64,000 nt of DNA from an uncultured Gammaproteobacteria bacterium (GTDB lineage: Bacteria > Patescibacteriota > Patescibacteriia > Patescibacteriales > WJLG01). The stretch is from the NCBI GenBank assembly GCA_964602485.1, contig CAZRQU010000002.1:67566-131565 (forward strand), read 5' to 3'. Positions 9,449-20,030 of the stretch are shown in pieces (position 1 is the first letter of the stretch; each line of letters starts with the position of its first letter). The notes under the pieces were generated by a model. The model had not been told where the DNA came from and made no database searches. It was given only the letters and a program-made list of their open reading frames with translations. A program made the translations under genes and the position numbers.

Positions 9449-10972
9449 TCAGTCAGTTGCAAGAGGTGGCTCGGACCGTCTTTTTGAGTCTGATACTAAG
9501 CTGGCTATCATCAATATCCCAAAGCCCAGAGGATGGTTGCTATAAGGCGTGAAGAAATTGACGGTGGCCAAGAGTATTACTCCGACAGCCAAGGATAATG
9601 ATAGCCAGTCACCTCTTTTTAAGTTCTTAATACTTATTCTTAGGTTTAAGAACAAGTAGAATATGGCTCCCAGTATTCCCATTTCCAACCAGATGTCCAG
9701 CCAGCCCCATTCAAAGGCATAGGTAGTATATTCACCGTCTACGGTCGAAGCCAAGATGCGAGGGTCGCTTGACCTATAGGTGACCGTCGCACCAAAACCT
9801 TGTCCCAAGACCGGGTTTTCCTTTATTTTTTCGAATAATTTTGGGAGAAGTTTAAAACGAGAGGAAACAGCGGATTCTCCTGATATTTTGGTAGCTCTTT
9901 CATTCAAGGCGTTAGCGAATTCCACTCCTGACGGAGAAGGATACGGAAATTTTATGACCGCGGTCAAAAGCAGAAAACTGACCAGGGTCGCACCCACGAT
10001 CATGGAAATAGCCTTGACGCACACTTTCCAGCCATACATTTTCAAGGTGATCATCAGATAAAGCATAAAGGCCAAGGCCGAAGCCAGCCAAAAACTCCTG
10101 GAAAAACTTACCAATACCATTGATATCACGACGCTTAAAGAAAGCACGAACATCCAGACCAACTTTTTCTTCTTTGGTGCAAGAAGATGGATATCATTGT
10201 TCTCCAACTTTTTATTCAAAAAGAATAGCAAAAGAAAAAAAGCCAGTAGTATGAATATGTGGGATTGAAAGAATATTCTGGTAAAGCCGCTATCCATCAA
10301 AGTTATCTCCCCTATTCCGCTAGTTCTGACCCAGCGATAGACAGGCTCGATGATCGAATGAATTTTATGGGAGAATACGTATTCCAAAAACAGGGTCTTG
10401 ACCGACAGCCAGGCCATTGCGGCCGAGAACAGCTTGATGAATGATGCGTTAAATTCCTTATCCTTGAGAAAAGCGTGGTATATCGGAAGGATCAATAAGA
10501 CATAGAGCCAGCCATTAGCATCCAGAAATATATTGGAAAAACCGTTATTGTTAATGAAACCGTTCACGCCTCCCCATAGTATGAACAGTAGGAGTATCCC
10601 GAAATAAGGAAGATTGGTCTTTTTAAAAGATTTGGAAAACCTGCTAGACCCGGATACGACCTTGGCCAAATAGACGGACATAAGGGCCAGCCATAGGGCT
10701 ATGCGTATGGATACATCCAGTCCTGCTTGTTGAAAATGAAAAAGGTAGCCTTGTCCTCCTATGAATAATTCGGCCAGCATCAGCCATAAACCATATCTAA
10801 TATCTTTCAATGATAAGACTATGGCTGTTAAGAATATCAAGATAAAGGCGGTTTTGTTAACTATCGGATAGAGAAAGCCAATAAAAGAAAGGCCTTCCAC
10901 AAGGAAAAGGCCCAGCATGATCCAGGCCAGGTCTTTTTTTATACTTTTTATCTTATCTTTATTCAAAGACAT
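9449..10972 (-). CDS. polytopic membrane protein, O-antigen ligase/polymerase-like
   Basis: At least 10 predicted TM helices. Lies in a glycosyltransferase cluster. Confidence 0.45.
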   Translation of the reverse strand: MSLNKDKIKSIKKDLAWIMLGLFLVEGLSFIGFLYPIVNKTAFILIFLTAIVLSLKDIRYGLWLMLAELFIGGQGYLFHFQQAGLDVSIRIALWLALMSVYLAKVVSGSSRFSKSFKKTNLPYFGILLLFILWGGVNGFINNNGFSNIFLDANGWLYVLLILPIYHAFLKDKEFNASFIKLFSAAMAWLSVKTLFLEYVFSHKIHSIIEPVYRWVRTSGIGEITLMDSGFTRIFFQSHIFILLAFFLLLFFLNKKLENNDIHLLAPKKKKLVWMFVLSLSVVISMVLVSFSRSFWLASALAFMLYLMITLKMYGWKVCVKAISMIVGATLVSFLLLTAVIKFPYPSPSGVEFANALNERATKISGESAVSSRFKLLPKLFEKIKENPVLGQGFGATVTYRSSDPRILASTVDGEYTTYAFEWGWLDIWLEMGILGAIFYLFLNLRISIKNLKRGDWLSLSLAVGVILLATVNFFTPYSNHPLGFGILMIASLVSDSKRRSEPPLATD

Positions 10973-11677
10973 TTAGTTCAAGTGATGTTTTTCTTTTATG
11001 ATCTTTTGGGCTTGGTTATATTTTTTTACTGCCGGTAAGAAAGGAAGCAGTTTATAAGTGAATGAAGGAAGCCAGTCGCTCATAGTGCCTTTTGGATGTA
11101 TCTTGAAAAGCGGTTCATCTATCCAATAGCCGATATGTTTTTGATCCAGCATAGTGAGCCATAGGTCCCAGTCTTGTAATCTTTTTATGTTTTGATCCCA
11201 ACCGGTTACCGGAAAATGTTCGGTTTTGATAAGGGATACGGTATGAATGTAGGGCATCTTTTTCAGCTTGGCTGCCGAATACGGACAAAGTTTGAAAAGT
11301 TTCCTGCCCCAATAAAAAGCTGAATAAACAAAACTCGCTTCCGGATGATTCTTTAGATTATCAAGCATTGTTTGCAAGCAATCTGGTTTTAGCACGGCAT
11401 CAGCGTCGCAGAACAAAGTATATTCACCTTTAGCTATTTGAAAACCTGAATTACGAGCTGCCGGAGCTCCTTCATTGTCGTGGGTCAGGACCTCATATCT
11501 TACGCCAAGCTCTTCGAACTTCGGCCGGAAATTCTCAGCGACTTCCCCGCTATCGTCAGTCGATCCATCATTGACGATCAGTATCTCATTATCTTTATAG
11601 GTTTGATCCAGTATGCTTTGTAAGCATTTTTTAAGAAACTTGGCTTGGTTGTAGACCGGAATGATTATGCTTATCAT
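10973..11677 (-). CDS. family 2 glycosyltransferase
   Basis: 'ISIIIPVYNQAKFLKKCLQSILDQTY...IVNDGSTD'. Confidence 0.85.
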   Translation of the reverse strand: MISIIIPVYNQAKFLKKCLQSILDQTYKDNEILIVNDGSTDDSGEVAENFRPKFEELGVRYEVLTHDNEGAPAARNSGFQIAKGEYTLFCDADAVLKPDCLQTMLDNLKNHPEASFVYSAFYWGRKLFKLCPYSAAKLKKMPYIHTVSLIKTEHFPVTGWDQNIKRLQDWDLWLTMLDQKHIGYWIDEPLFKIHPKGTMSDWLPSFTYKLLPFLPAVKKYNQAQKIIKEKHHLN

Positions 11678-11702
11678 AATTTTTTTATTTGAATTATAGC
11701 TT

Positions 11703-12842
11703 CTAAGAGGTGAATATTCGTTTCAATTCGTCTATTTGCTTCTTCCAATTGAATTCATTGATAGTTCTTTGTTTTCCTTGTTTTCCCAATTTATCCCTTA
11801 ATTTCTTGTCTTTGGATAATCTTATCAATTTACGATCGATATCCATTATGTCCTCCGGGTCAACAAGAAGTCCATTGACCCCATCTACCACAGCATCCCT
11901 AACTCCCCCGCTATCCCCCGCTATCACCGGCTTGCCGGCCAGATTGGCTTCCAGGTAAACGATGCCGAAACCTTCAAAATCACCGTCTATCTCTCGGGAA
12001 GGCATGGCGAAGATGTCGCAGGCTTCCATCCAAGCTTCTGTCTCCTCTTTGCTTATCTTGCCTGTCATAACTATCCTTTTGCGCGCCTTCTGCGGGAGTT
12101 TATCGATCTTTTTTTTCAAGTATCCTCTATCAGGACCGTCTCCAGCTAGCACGTATAGAATATCTTCATCCTCCTCAAGACTGCGAGGGAGAACTTCGAT
12201 CATTTTATCAAATCCTTTTCTTTTGACAAGCCTTCCTAAGGATAATACCACGGTTTTTCCCCAGAGTTCATATTTGGTTTTTAGTTTTTGAGCCAATTCT
12301 TTTTGCGGTTCTCGATCTATCCCAACCCCCGGATTTACCACAAAAGTTTTGTCATTCAGCTCGGGGTCGAAATTATTGACCAGTTTGGCCGTGTAGGAAT
12401 TAGCGCAGATTATCTTATCGGCCCGTTTAAGTATCTTGGCCGTCATTCGGTTCTTTCTTGGACTCTTGAGAGCGTAAGCGAAGTCCATGCCATGCAGTAT
12501 CACTGAGTACTCAAGCCCTTTCCACTTGGAAAGATGATAAGCGGCAATGCCCAAGGGTAAGATCTGGCCGACCAGTACATGCTCGGTCTTCCTTTTTCTG
12601 GCCAGTAGCCACAAATGAAAAAGGGCCGGTAGCCAGCCGGGTTTCATATACCCACAAACGAGCTTTTTATAGAATACATGGCCGTTTATGAGTTGGCCCA
12701 GCTTATTACCTTTTTGACTATGAGCTAAAACATCCATTCGGTCTATGCCCCAATAGCGAACCAAGTTATGGTAATAGTTGGAAACTCCGCCAATAGCTGG
12801 AGGGAATTCCAATGTGAACAACAAGAAATGTTTCATGATCAC
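11703..12842 (-). CDS. GT4-family glycosyltransferase
   Basis: 'EGFGIVYLEANLAGKPVIAGDSGGVRDAVVDGVNGLLVDP'. Confidence 0.85.
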   Translation of the reverse strand: MIMKHFLLFTLEFPPAIGGVSNYYHNLVRYWGIDRMDVLAHSQKGNKLGQLINGHVFYKKLVCGYMKPGWLPALFHLWLLARKRKTEHVLVGQILPLGIAAYHLSKWKGLEYSVILHGMDFAYALKSPRKNRMTAKILKRADKIICANSYTAKLVNNFDPELNDKTFVVNPGVGIDREPQKELAQKLKTKYELWGKTVVLSLGRLVKRKGFDKMIEVLPRSLEEDEDILYVLAGDGPDRGYLKKKIDKLPQKARKRIVMTGKISKEETEAWMEACDIFAMPSREIDGDFEGFGIVYLEANLAGKPVIAGDSGGVRDAVVDGVNGLLVDPEDIMDIDRKLIRLSKDKKLRDKLGKQGKQRTINEFNWKKQIDELKRIFTS

Positions 12843-14275
12843 TTTCTTAAGAATGATCCGCAGATATGCCTTATTTCATCCTTTTTCAGGATCTTGAGCG
12901 TCAATAACAGGAAGAAATACAATAAGGCTCCGGCAGGGATCAAGGCTAAAGCAGGCGCGTATTCCTTGGCTGCGTAAACCCCTATCCCCATCAAACCGGC
13001 CGATAGCAGTATTTTGGCAAAAGCGGTCAGTATCTTCTTTTTATCTATATTAATTATCTTAAGCGCCCAATAGAGGCCCAGGACGGTCATTAGTATATTA
13101 GTGGCCAGAACAGTGATACTGGCTCCTAATGCCTGGAATCTGGGGACCAGTATCAGATTAAGAATTATACTCGCCACCGCGGTTATTATCATGTTGGCGG
13201 TATTTTTCTTTTGTTGGTCGCAAGCATTCAATAGCGAGCCTATGGGGAAATTGACAAAGACGAACAACACGGAAAGAATTATCACCTGCATTGGCAGGAC
13301 AGCGGCTTGATACCCTTCTTTAAAGATGATTATTATCTTATCGGCCAAAGCTACTACGCCGGCGCTGATCGGTATCGATATCACCATTAGATAGATGAGC
13401 GCTTTCTCGAAACTCACTTTAAGCTGTTTCCTGTCGTTTTGCCAGAAGTTGCTCATGGCCGGATACAAGGAAGCCACAAAAGCCATGGGTAAGAATTGTA
13501 GAGCGAATATTATCTTAAATGATATTTGATAATAGCCAACATATTCATCTCCTGCCAAAACGCCCAGAAGCACCGAGTCCATATACATATACAGCCTTTG
13601 GAAGATAGCGAATAATCCGAAAGGCAGGGTTATCAGCAAGAGTCTTCTCATCAACTGCCAGTTGAAGACCGGTATTATCCTTATTTTGAATTTTTTTATC
13701 AATACGGTCGATGAGTATATGAAATGAAAGATACTAGCTGACAGCAGGGCGCACATTATGTAGATGAGACCCAGGTCATTATAAAGGAATATCAGGCCGG
13801 TGGTCATTACGATAATTTGAAAAAGGACCGAAGATATGCTTTCGAAAAGAAGATTGTGAAAGCCTCGGACCACTGCCCAGAAAGTGGTGGTGAAAGAATC
13901 AAGGACTACGCACCCCAGTGAGATATAGATGAGATTTCTGACCAATTGTCCGTAATCGCCGACATTGACGGTTATGACCGTAGCTAAAACGGTTAGTATC
14001 ACTAAAGGTAGTTTGATAGCTACTACCGACCCCAGGAGGTTGTTGGCCTCATCTTTCTTCTTGGCTACTTCCCGGGTGAGCATATTCACCATGCCTATGT
14101 CTATCAATATGGAAAAGACCGTGGTGAAGGAAATGGCGAAATAATACTTGCCCAGATTCTCCGGACCTAAATTTCGGGCTAAAAGCGTGAAATAAGTAAA
14201 AGAAATGATCTTTTGCAACACTAGTGCAAAAGTCAAATATGAAGTGTTTTTAGTTATATTCCCTATCTTTTCCAT
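12839..14275 (-). CDS. polysaccharide flippase, Wzx/MOP family
   Basis: About 12 TM helices. The start was moved to the internal Met (MEKIGN...), because a minus-strand terminator at 14303..14336 lies inside the longer ORF. Confidence 0.6.
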   Translation of the reverse strand: MEKIGNITKNTSYLTFALVLQKIISFTYFTLLARNLGPENLGKYYFAISFTTVFSILIDIGMVNMLTREVAKKKDEANNLLGSVVAIKLPLVILTVLATVITVNVGDYGQLVRNLIYISLGCVVLDSFTTTFWAVVRGFHNLLFESISSVLFQIIVMTTGLIFLYNDLGLIYIMCALLSASIFHFIYSSTVLIKKFKIRIIPVFNWQLMRRLLLITLPFGLFAIFQRLYMYMDSVLLGVLAGDEYVGYYQISFKIIFALQFLPMAFVASLYPAMSNFWQNDRKQLKVSFEKALIYLMVISIPISAGVVALADKIIIIFKEGYQAAVLPMQVIILSVLFVFVNFPIGSLLNACDQQKKNTANMIITAVASIILNLILVPRFQALGASITVLATNILMTVLGLYWALKIINIDKKKILTAFAKILLSAGLMGIGVYAAKEYAPALALIPAGALLYFFLLLTLKILKKDEIRHICGSFLRK

Positions 14276-14302
14276 AGGCTTTATTATATCAGAAAAGGCG
14301 TA

Positions 14303-14336
14303 ATAAAAAAACCGCTGATCAGCCTGTGTCAGCGGT
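14303..14336 (-). terminator. Rho-independent terminator
   Basis: accgctga / tcagcggt stem followed on the minus strand by T7. Confidence 0.55.
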
Positions 14337-14573
14337 CCATCTACTAAAGGTAAAGAACATACATATCCCGAAAAAAAGGGCAAGGATCATCTTGGGAGCC
14401 AGGGTTAGGACCTTCACCACCAAAAATGCCAAAGCGGCCAGCAAGAGCACCGGGGAAAATAGTAGTACTCTGATAAAAGACACTTCTCCGTGATCATTGA
14501 AGATCATTGATCTCTCCTTTGCTTGTTTTTTAAGGTTTTGTTCTATGATGACACGAAAATTAGTCTTTTGCAA
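14319..14573 (-). CDS. small membrane protein, 2 TM helices
   Basis: Hydrophobic 84-aa ORF ending at the minus-strand terminator. Confidence 0.25.
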   Translation of the reverse strand: MQKTNFRVIIEQNLKKQAKERSMIFNDHGEVSFIRVLLFSPVLLLAALAFLVVKVLTLAPKMILALFFGICMFFTFSRWTADTG

Positions 14574-14648
14574 GCACCTTGTTCTTGATTAATTATAAAA
14601 AATGTGTTAGTATCTTTTTATATTAAAACAATAAGATATATAGTCACT

Positions 14649-14993
14649 ATGAAGAAAGAGATACATCCGGAATACTACTCGGAAGCTAAAGTTATCTGCG
14701 CTTGCGGAAATACCTTTACTACCGGTTCTACCAAGCCGGAATTGAAAGTCGATCTGTGCTCTCAATGCCATCCTTTCTATACCGGAAAGCAGAAATTGGT
14801 CGATACGGCCAAACGAGTTGAGAAGTTCCAGGCTAAGATGGACAAACAGAAAGAAATGGGCAGTAAGAAAGGTAAAACCGCCAAAAGAGCGGCTAAAGCG
14901 GCTAAGAAAGCGGCTAAAGCCTCGGAAAAGGTAGAAAAGGTGGATAGCACCAAGAAGAAAACCAAGGCTTCTGCAAAAAAAGACGAAAAATAG
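14649..14993 (+). CDS. rpmE: 50S ribosomal protein L31 with a Lys/Ala-rich C-terminal extension
   Basis: '[10 protein letters not shown]' with a CxxC...CxxC zinc motif. The last roughly 50 aa are KA-rich. Confidence 0.85.
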   Translation: MKKEIHPEYYSEAKVICACGNTFTTGSTKPELKVDLCSQCHPFYTGKQKLVDTAKRVEKFQAKMDKQKEMGSKKGKTAKRAAKAAKKAAKASEKVEKVDSTKKKTKASAKKDEK

Positions 14994-15024
14994 ATACTTT
15001 GAAAACGGCTTTTTGGCTATTTTG

Positions 15025-15033
15025 TGTTATAAT
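15025..15033 (+). promoter_or_regulatory. extended -10 element (TGtTATAAT) upstream of prfA
   Basis: Sequence tgttataat lies 45 nt upstream of the prfA ATG. Confidence 0.35.
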
Positions 15034-15077
15034 GACATTAGATGGCCGAACAAGCCGTTTTATTATAGGATAATGAT

Positions 15078-16130
15078 ATGTACGAAGATATAAAGAAAAA
15101 ATTCAAAGAATTGGAAACAAAGCTCTCCGACCCGGCTGTCATTGGCGATCAAGCCGAGCTTACCAAAGTGTCCAAAGAGCATTCCCGATCAAAGGATATA
15201 GTTGCCAATATAGAGGAATTGGAAAAGATAGAGGCCAATATAGAACAAAACCAAGACGTTTTGGATAATGAGGATGATAAAGACCTGCAGGAATTGGCCG
15301 CTTCTGAGATCGAGGAGCTTAAGCCAAGACGTGATCAGCTCAAAGAACAAATAGACGAAGAGCTTCATCCGGCCGATCCTAATGATATCAAAAATGCCAT
15401 AGTCGAGATCAGGGCCGGTACCGGAGGTGACGAATCAGCTTTGTTCGCAGCTGATCTTTTTCGTATGTATTCTCGTTATGCCGAGGTTCAAGGATGGAAG
15501 CTTGAGATATTGGATTCCAGCCCCATAGGCATAGGAGGATTCAAGGAGATCATTTTTTCCGTATCAGGCAAGAATGTCTATGGCCATATGAAATATGAGG
15601 CCGGCACTCATCGGGTGCAAAGGGTTCCGGAGACTGAAAAACAAGGGCGCGTCCACACTTCAGCTGTGACCGTAGCCGTTATGCCCGAGGCTGAGGAAGT
15701 CGATATCGAGATCAATCCCAATGACCTGCGTATAGATACTTATGCCGCTTCCGGTCCAGGAGGACAGAAGGTCAATACCACCAATTCCGCGGTTCGTATA
15801 ACTCATGTTCCGACCGGTACGGTGGTTCAATGCCAGGATCAGAAATCCCAGCATCAGAACAAAGAAAAGGCTATGCAAATAATGCGCTCTCGAGTTTTAG
15901 CCAAGATAGAGGAAGAAAGATCGATCCAGGAGGCTTCGGCCAGAAAAGCCATGGTCGGCACCGGTGATCGCAGTGAGAAGATAAGGACCTATAATTATCC
16001 ACAAGATAGGATAACCGACCATAGGATAAAAAAGAATTGGAGCAATATGGATTCTATTTTAAGCGGTGACCTAGGACAAGTGGTCGATGCTTTAAAAGAG
16101 GCGGAAAAGGAACTTAAAAAAGAAGAATAA
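15078..16130 (+). CDS. prfA: peptide chain release factor 1
   Basis: GGQ motif plus a 'PET' tripeptide in the RF1-type recognition region. Confidence 0.9.
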   Translation: MYEDIKKKFKELETKLSDPAVIGDQAELTKVSKEHSRSKDIVANIEELEKIEANIEQNQDVLDNEDDKDLQELAASEIEELKPRRDQLKEQIDEELHPADPNDIKNAIVEIRAGTGGDESALFAADLFRMYSRYAEVQGWKLEILDSSPIGIGGFKEIIFSVSGKNVYGHMKYEAGTHRVQRVPETEKQGRVHTSAVTVAVMPEAEEVDIEINPNDLRIDTYAASGPGGQKVNTTNSAVRITHVPTGTVVQCQDQKSQHQNKEKAMQIMRSRVLAKIEEERSIQEASARKAMVGTGDRSEKIRTYNYPQDRITDHRIKKNWSNMDSILSGDLGQVVDALKEAEKELKKEE

Positions 16131-16147
16131 AACTTCAAATATCCAAT

Positions 16148-17050
16148 ATGGACATAAACAAAGCCTTGCAAAGAAACAAGCAACGGCTAAAAGAAAAAGA
16201 TGTTGATAATGTCGACTTCGAAGCCGGATCTATTTTGGCCTTTGCCCTTAAAAAACCCAGAGAGTATCTTTTCGCTCACCCAGAACATAAATTAAGCCTG
16301 CCGGAATTGGTCAAAAATGAATTATTGGTGCGGAAAAGGATGTCGAACTCTCCCCTGGCCTACCTGACCGGTTCTCGTGAATTCTTCGGTTTGGATTTCA
16401 AAGTCAACAGATCTGTCCTTATACCTCGACCGGAAACCGAACTAATGGTCGAAGAAGCCTTAAGGATATACCGAGAATACGGAGTCAAGAGTTTTTTGGA
16501 TGTTGGTACCGGCAGTGGTTGCATAATAACCACTTTGGCCTTAAAGATCCCTGAGGGGTCCTTCACGGGCTTGGATATAAGCAAAAAGGCCCTGGCTGTG
16601 GCTAAAAGCAATGCCAGAAAGCATAAGGTGGGCAAACGGATAAGATTCCTAAGATCGAACCTTATAAGGGAAGTGATGAATGATGATCTCAGATCTCCGA
16701 TGATGATATTGGCCAATCTCCCCTACCTGACACCAAAGCAGGTCCAAGATTCTCCTTCTATTAAAAAAGAGCCCAAATTGGCTCTTTTAGGAGGTGATGA
16801 CGGTTTGGAATATTATCACTTGCTTTTCAAACAGATAAGAGCTTGCCGGTTCCCTCGCCCTTTATTCGTTCTTTGCGAAATAGACGAGGGTCAAGGCAGG
16901 AAACTTTCCAAGATAGTTGAAGAAGAATTGCCTTCAGCGACCATGACCATTAAAAAAGATCTAAAGGATCTTCCGCGTTTGGCCATACTGAAATTACCCA
17001 AGGCCAAGGACCCTGGTCAGCCTAGAATATCACCTCGACATCAGGTCTGA
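16148..17050 (+). CDS. prmC: release factor glutamine N5-methyltransferase PrmC/HemK
   Basis: SAM motif 'DVGTGSGC' and an NLPY variant of the NPPY motif. Adjacent to prfA. Confidence 0.8.
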   Translation: MDINKALQRNKQRLKEKDVDNVDFEAGSILAFALKKPREYLFAHPEHKLSLPELVKNELLVRKRMSNSPLAYLTGSREFFGLDFKVNRSVLIPRPETELMVEEALRIYREYGVKSFLDVGTGSGCIITTLALKIPEGSFTGLDISKKALAVAKSNARKHKVGKRIRFLRSNLIREVMNDDLRSPMMILANLPYLTPKQVQDSPSIKKEPKLALLGGDDGLEYYHLLFKQIRACRFPRPLFVLCEIDEGQGRKLSKIVEEELPSATMTIKKDLKDLPRLAILKLPKAKDPGQPRISPRHQV

Positions 17051-18161
17051 CCACCTCTATCCAGGTTTTACCGGTATTGAACTCGACCTCTTCACCGTCT
17101 TCGTAAAAGAAGACGGTTCTTTTTTGTGAATCAGGTTTGGCCCATTGCCCGTTGGTACATGTTCCATCCAGGCAGATAACCGCTTTGCCCCAGCCGGTCG
17201 TATTCATCTTGAGGCGTAATTTTTCGTCCAGCACCTTGGCCGGTATGTATTGTATTATAAGATTCTTGGCTCTGATCTCGTTCTTCTCGGCTGTGAAATG
17301 CTCTTTGCCGTTCAGGTAGCGCAAGTATGAATTACCTTCTCTTTTATATTCCCATTTGACTGCCATTTCATCGGACTTGAATTTTATCTCTATCTTGGGG
17401 TATGGGCTTATGACCATAGGGTCGTCTTTTTTGTATTTCCAAGATCGGAAAATATGGTCCTTTTCATTCTCTCCATTGTCGATATATTCTTTTAATTTTT
17501 CTGTTGACGTGAAGATGTTGTGCGGAGCCGGTCTGTCCTTGCTCCTCCAATAGCTATCTTCATTATAGAATTCATTAAGATCCGTTATTCCCTTAAGGGC
17601 GATCTCTGCCAGAGCTTGTGGACTGCCTCCACAATGGCAGTACAAGGCGCCCAGTCCATCAGACCAATCCACAAAGTAAGGTCGAGCGCTTCTCACCGGA
17701 CCTATTTTAGGTATTTCTTTGTTCGGATCGAAAACAGCCATGAATCTGGTGAACCGACCTTCAACCTCCGCTTCATAGACCAAGTCGGCCTCATCAAGCC
17801 CGTGAGGCGGTCTGGCTTGCGGGTGATTATCTATCATAACGGCTACCGGCTTAAAATTTGCCATTTCAGGCTCTACATAAACACCGTCCAATTTCCTTCT
17901 TACACACCCTTCGCAAGGTTCGTCCTTCATTTGTTCTCCTTCTTTTGGTGCTTCTGCTTGTTTTTGGCTCAAAGGAGTTTCTTTATCCTTGGAAAATAAC
18001 AAAAAATACCAAGTGAAGCCGACAACGGCGGCCACAAAAAAAACCATGGAAAATAGCATTATTATTCTCCATAGTTTTTTCTTGTTCTTGAGTATGTGTT
18101 TTATGTTCTCCAAAAAACCGGGCTCAATGATGTTGAGTTTGTCCTTGATATTTTTGGACAT
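17022..18161 (-). CDS. secreted or membrane-anchored protein, DUF3048-like
   Basis: Single TM followed by a large extracytoplasmic domain. The start was moved to the internal Met so it no longer overlaps rplY. Confidence 0.4.
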   Translation of the reverse strand: MSKNIKDKLNIIEPGFLENIKHILKNKKKLWRIIMLFSMVFFVAAVVGFTWYFLLFSKDKETPLSQKQAEAPKEGEQMKDEPCEGCVRRKLDGVYVEPEMANFKPVAVMIDNHPQARPPHGLDEADLVYEAEVEGRFTRFMAVFDPNKEIPKIGPVRSARPYFVDWSDGLGALYCHCGGSPQALAEIALKGITDLNEFYNEDSYWRSKDRPAPHNIFTSTEKLKEYIDNGENEKDHIFRSWKYKKDDPMVISPYPKIEIKFKSDEMAVKWEYKREGNSYLRYLNGKEHFTAEKNEIRAKNLIIQYIPAKVLDEKLRLKMNTTGWGKAVICLDGTCTNGQWAKPDSQKRTVFFYEDGEEVEFNTGKTWIEVVRPDVEVIF

Positions 18162-18210
18162 TTTTTGCTTTTTATTTTTTATATTGGAAGTTTTTGTCAG
18201 ATCCGATGAC

Positions 18211-18891
18211 CTACTCTTTGCCCTCTTCCTTCTTTTCGCCTTCTCCACCTTCCTTGTTGTCCTCTTTAGCGCCTCCAGTTTCACTTTCTACTGACTCAGG
18301 AGAAGGTATCTCTTCTTCTTTTTCTTCTTTAGGCTCGACAACGATAGCTACCATGCCGTCCGGATCTTGAGCGACTTCCATGCCTTCCGGTATGTTCAAA
18401 TCTTTGATATGTATGGTATCACCCAATTCATTTAGCTTGGAGATATCAACGTCTATATGGTTCACCAGGTCGCCTGGAAGACATTTAACCTCTATTTCGT
18501 CAGCGTCTTTGATCAATGAACCGCCAAGATTTTTGATCGCATTGGATTCGCCAATGAAATTAAGTTGAATTGAAGCATTGATCGGTTCGTTCATGTTGAC
18601 CTCATAGAAGTCCACATGGATCAGGTCGCCTTTGACCGGATCCCTTTGTATATCCTTTATCAATACCTTTTTCTCTGACTCTTTCCCGTCAACGATCATA
18701 TCTATCAAAGTTGACTCACCAGCTCTTTCAAATACCTTTTTTATGGTATTATGGGCGATCTTAAAAATCGCATTTTCTTTTAAATGAGCGCCGTAAAGCA
18801 CAGCTGGAACCATTCCGTTCCTTACCAGCTCTTTCGGGCTTTCTTCTTTGGTTCTGGTGCTAACCTCCATTTTGATGCTTTCTTTAGCCAT
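18211..18891 (-). CDS. rplY: 50S ribosomal protein L25 / general stress protein Ctc, with an acidic C-terminal tail
   Basis: 'RNGMVPAVLYG', a beta-barrel domain and an E/K-rich tail. Confidence 0.85.
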   Translation of the reverse strand: MAKESIKMEVSTRTKEESPKELVRNGMVPAVLYGAHLKENAIFKIAHNTIKKVFERAGESTLIDMIVDGKESEKKVLIKDIQRDPVKGDLIHVDFYEVNMNEPINASIQLNFIGESNAIKNLGGSLIKDADEIEVKCLPGDLVNHIDVDISKLNELGDTIHIKDLNIPEGMEVAQDPDGMVAIVVEPKEEKEEEIPSPESVESETGGAKEDNKEGGEGEKKEEGKE

Positions 18892-18905
18892 AAATATGTT
18901 TAATA

Positions 18906-20009
18906 TTAGTAATTTATCTTTGACCTAACGATCATATTCTCCATGATCCCTATCAGTATGAAAGAGGATACTATGGAACTGCCTCCATAACTTATAAAAG
19001 GCAAAGAAATCCCCACTACCGGGAGGATTCCTATATTCATACTAATATTAATAAACATTTCAATAAAAATCAAGCCCACGGTACCCAAAATGAAGAATAT
19101 GGCAAAATCATCATTGATATTCTTCAGATTGGCTATAGCTCTAAAGAACAGTAAGGCATAGAGGATGAATACCATAGATACACCTAAAAACCCCAGCTCT
19201 TCAGCAATAACGGCGAATATGAAGTCGTTTTGAGCTTCTGGGAGGAACTTGAGTTGGGACTGAGAGCCGAACCCTAATCCTCGACCGGTCAATCCGCCGG
19301 CGCCGACAGCTATCATCGCCTGGTTTATGTTATAGCCTTGGTCCAGTACATTCGAGGTCGGATTCATAAAGGTCAATATCCTTTGTTTTTGGTAAGGCTT
19401 AAAAAGAAAAGACCATAATATTATCGAAGAAAGGGCCAAAAGCACTCCTAATATTAAAAAATATTTACGAGAAAATCCAGTGACCATCAATATGCTCATC
19501 CAGATGAAGAATATCAGCAGGGCCGATCCGAAATCCGGTTGAATAAAGACCAAGCCCGAGATCATCGCGGTCAGAATGCCGGAATGCACCATTTGTTTGA
19601 ACGGTCTATTCTTGATAGCTCTGTCAGAGAAGAATCTGGCCAAGAATATTATCATTATTATCTTGGCGAATTCGGCAGGTTGAAGATTTACCGGTCCAAG
19701 GTCGAACCAGCCTCTGGTGCCGCGAATGGAAGTACCAAAGAAAAGTACGGCCACTAAGGCTATTAGGGTGAAGATATAGAAATATTTGGCAAAGCTTCGC
19801 AATGAACGGTAATCTATGAAGGAGAATGTGAAAAGCATGGTTAAGCCCAGCAATACGAAGACTATCTGTTTTTGAAAATTAATAAGATCGGCTGTTTCCC
19901 GTCCGAGAGCCACACTGTATATTTCCATCAAGCCGAAACAAGCCAATAAAAAAACGGCCGAGAACAATATCCAATCGAATTTTTTCAAGTATAAGTATAT
20001 TTTGTTCAT
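18906..20009 (-). CDS. ftsW: SEDS-family peptidoglycan polymerase, FtsW/RodA
   Basis: 'FIFAVIAEELGFLGV'. Polytopic membrane protein. Confidence 0.85.
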   Translation of the reverse strand: MNKIYLYLKKFDWILFSAVFLLACFGLMEIYSVALGRETADLINFQKQIVFVLLGLTMLFTFSFIDYRSLRSFAKYFYIFTLIALVAVLFFGTSIRGTRGWFDLGPVNLQPAEFAKIIMIIFLARFFSDRAIKNRPFKQMVHSGILTAMISGLVFIQPDFGSALLIFFIWMSILMVTGFSRKYFLILGVLLALSSIILWSFLFKPYQKQRILTFMNPTSNVLDQGYNINQAMIAVGAGGLTGRGLGFGSQSQLKFLPEAQNDFIFAVIAEELGFLGVSMVFILYALLFFRAIANLKNINDDFAIFFILGTVGLIFIEMFINISMNIGILPVVGISLPFISYGGSSIVSSFILIGIMENMIVRSKINY

Positions 20010-20030
20010 TTGCTTCCTGTCTCCTCTTCT

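Noticed and set aside
16148-17050. Possible UGA recoding (alternative genetic code)
   Set aside because: prmC ends with an in-frame TGA, and other genes end in TAA or TAG at the expected positions. The standard code is consistent.
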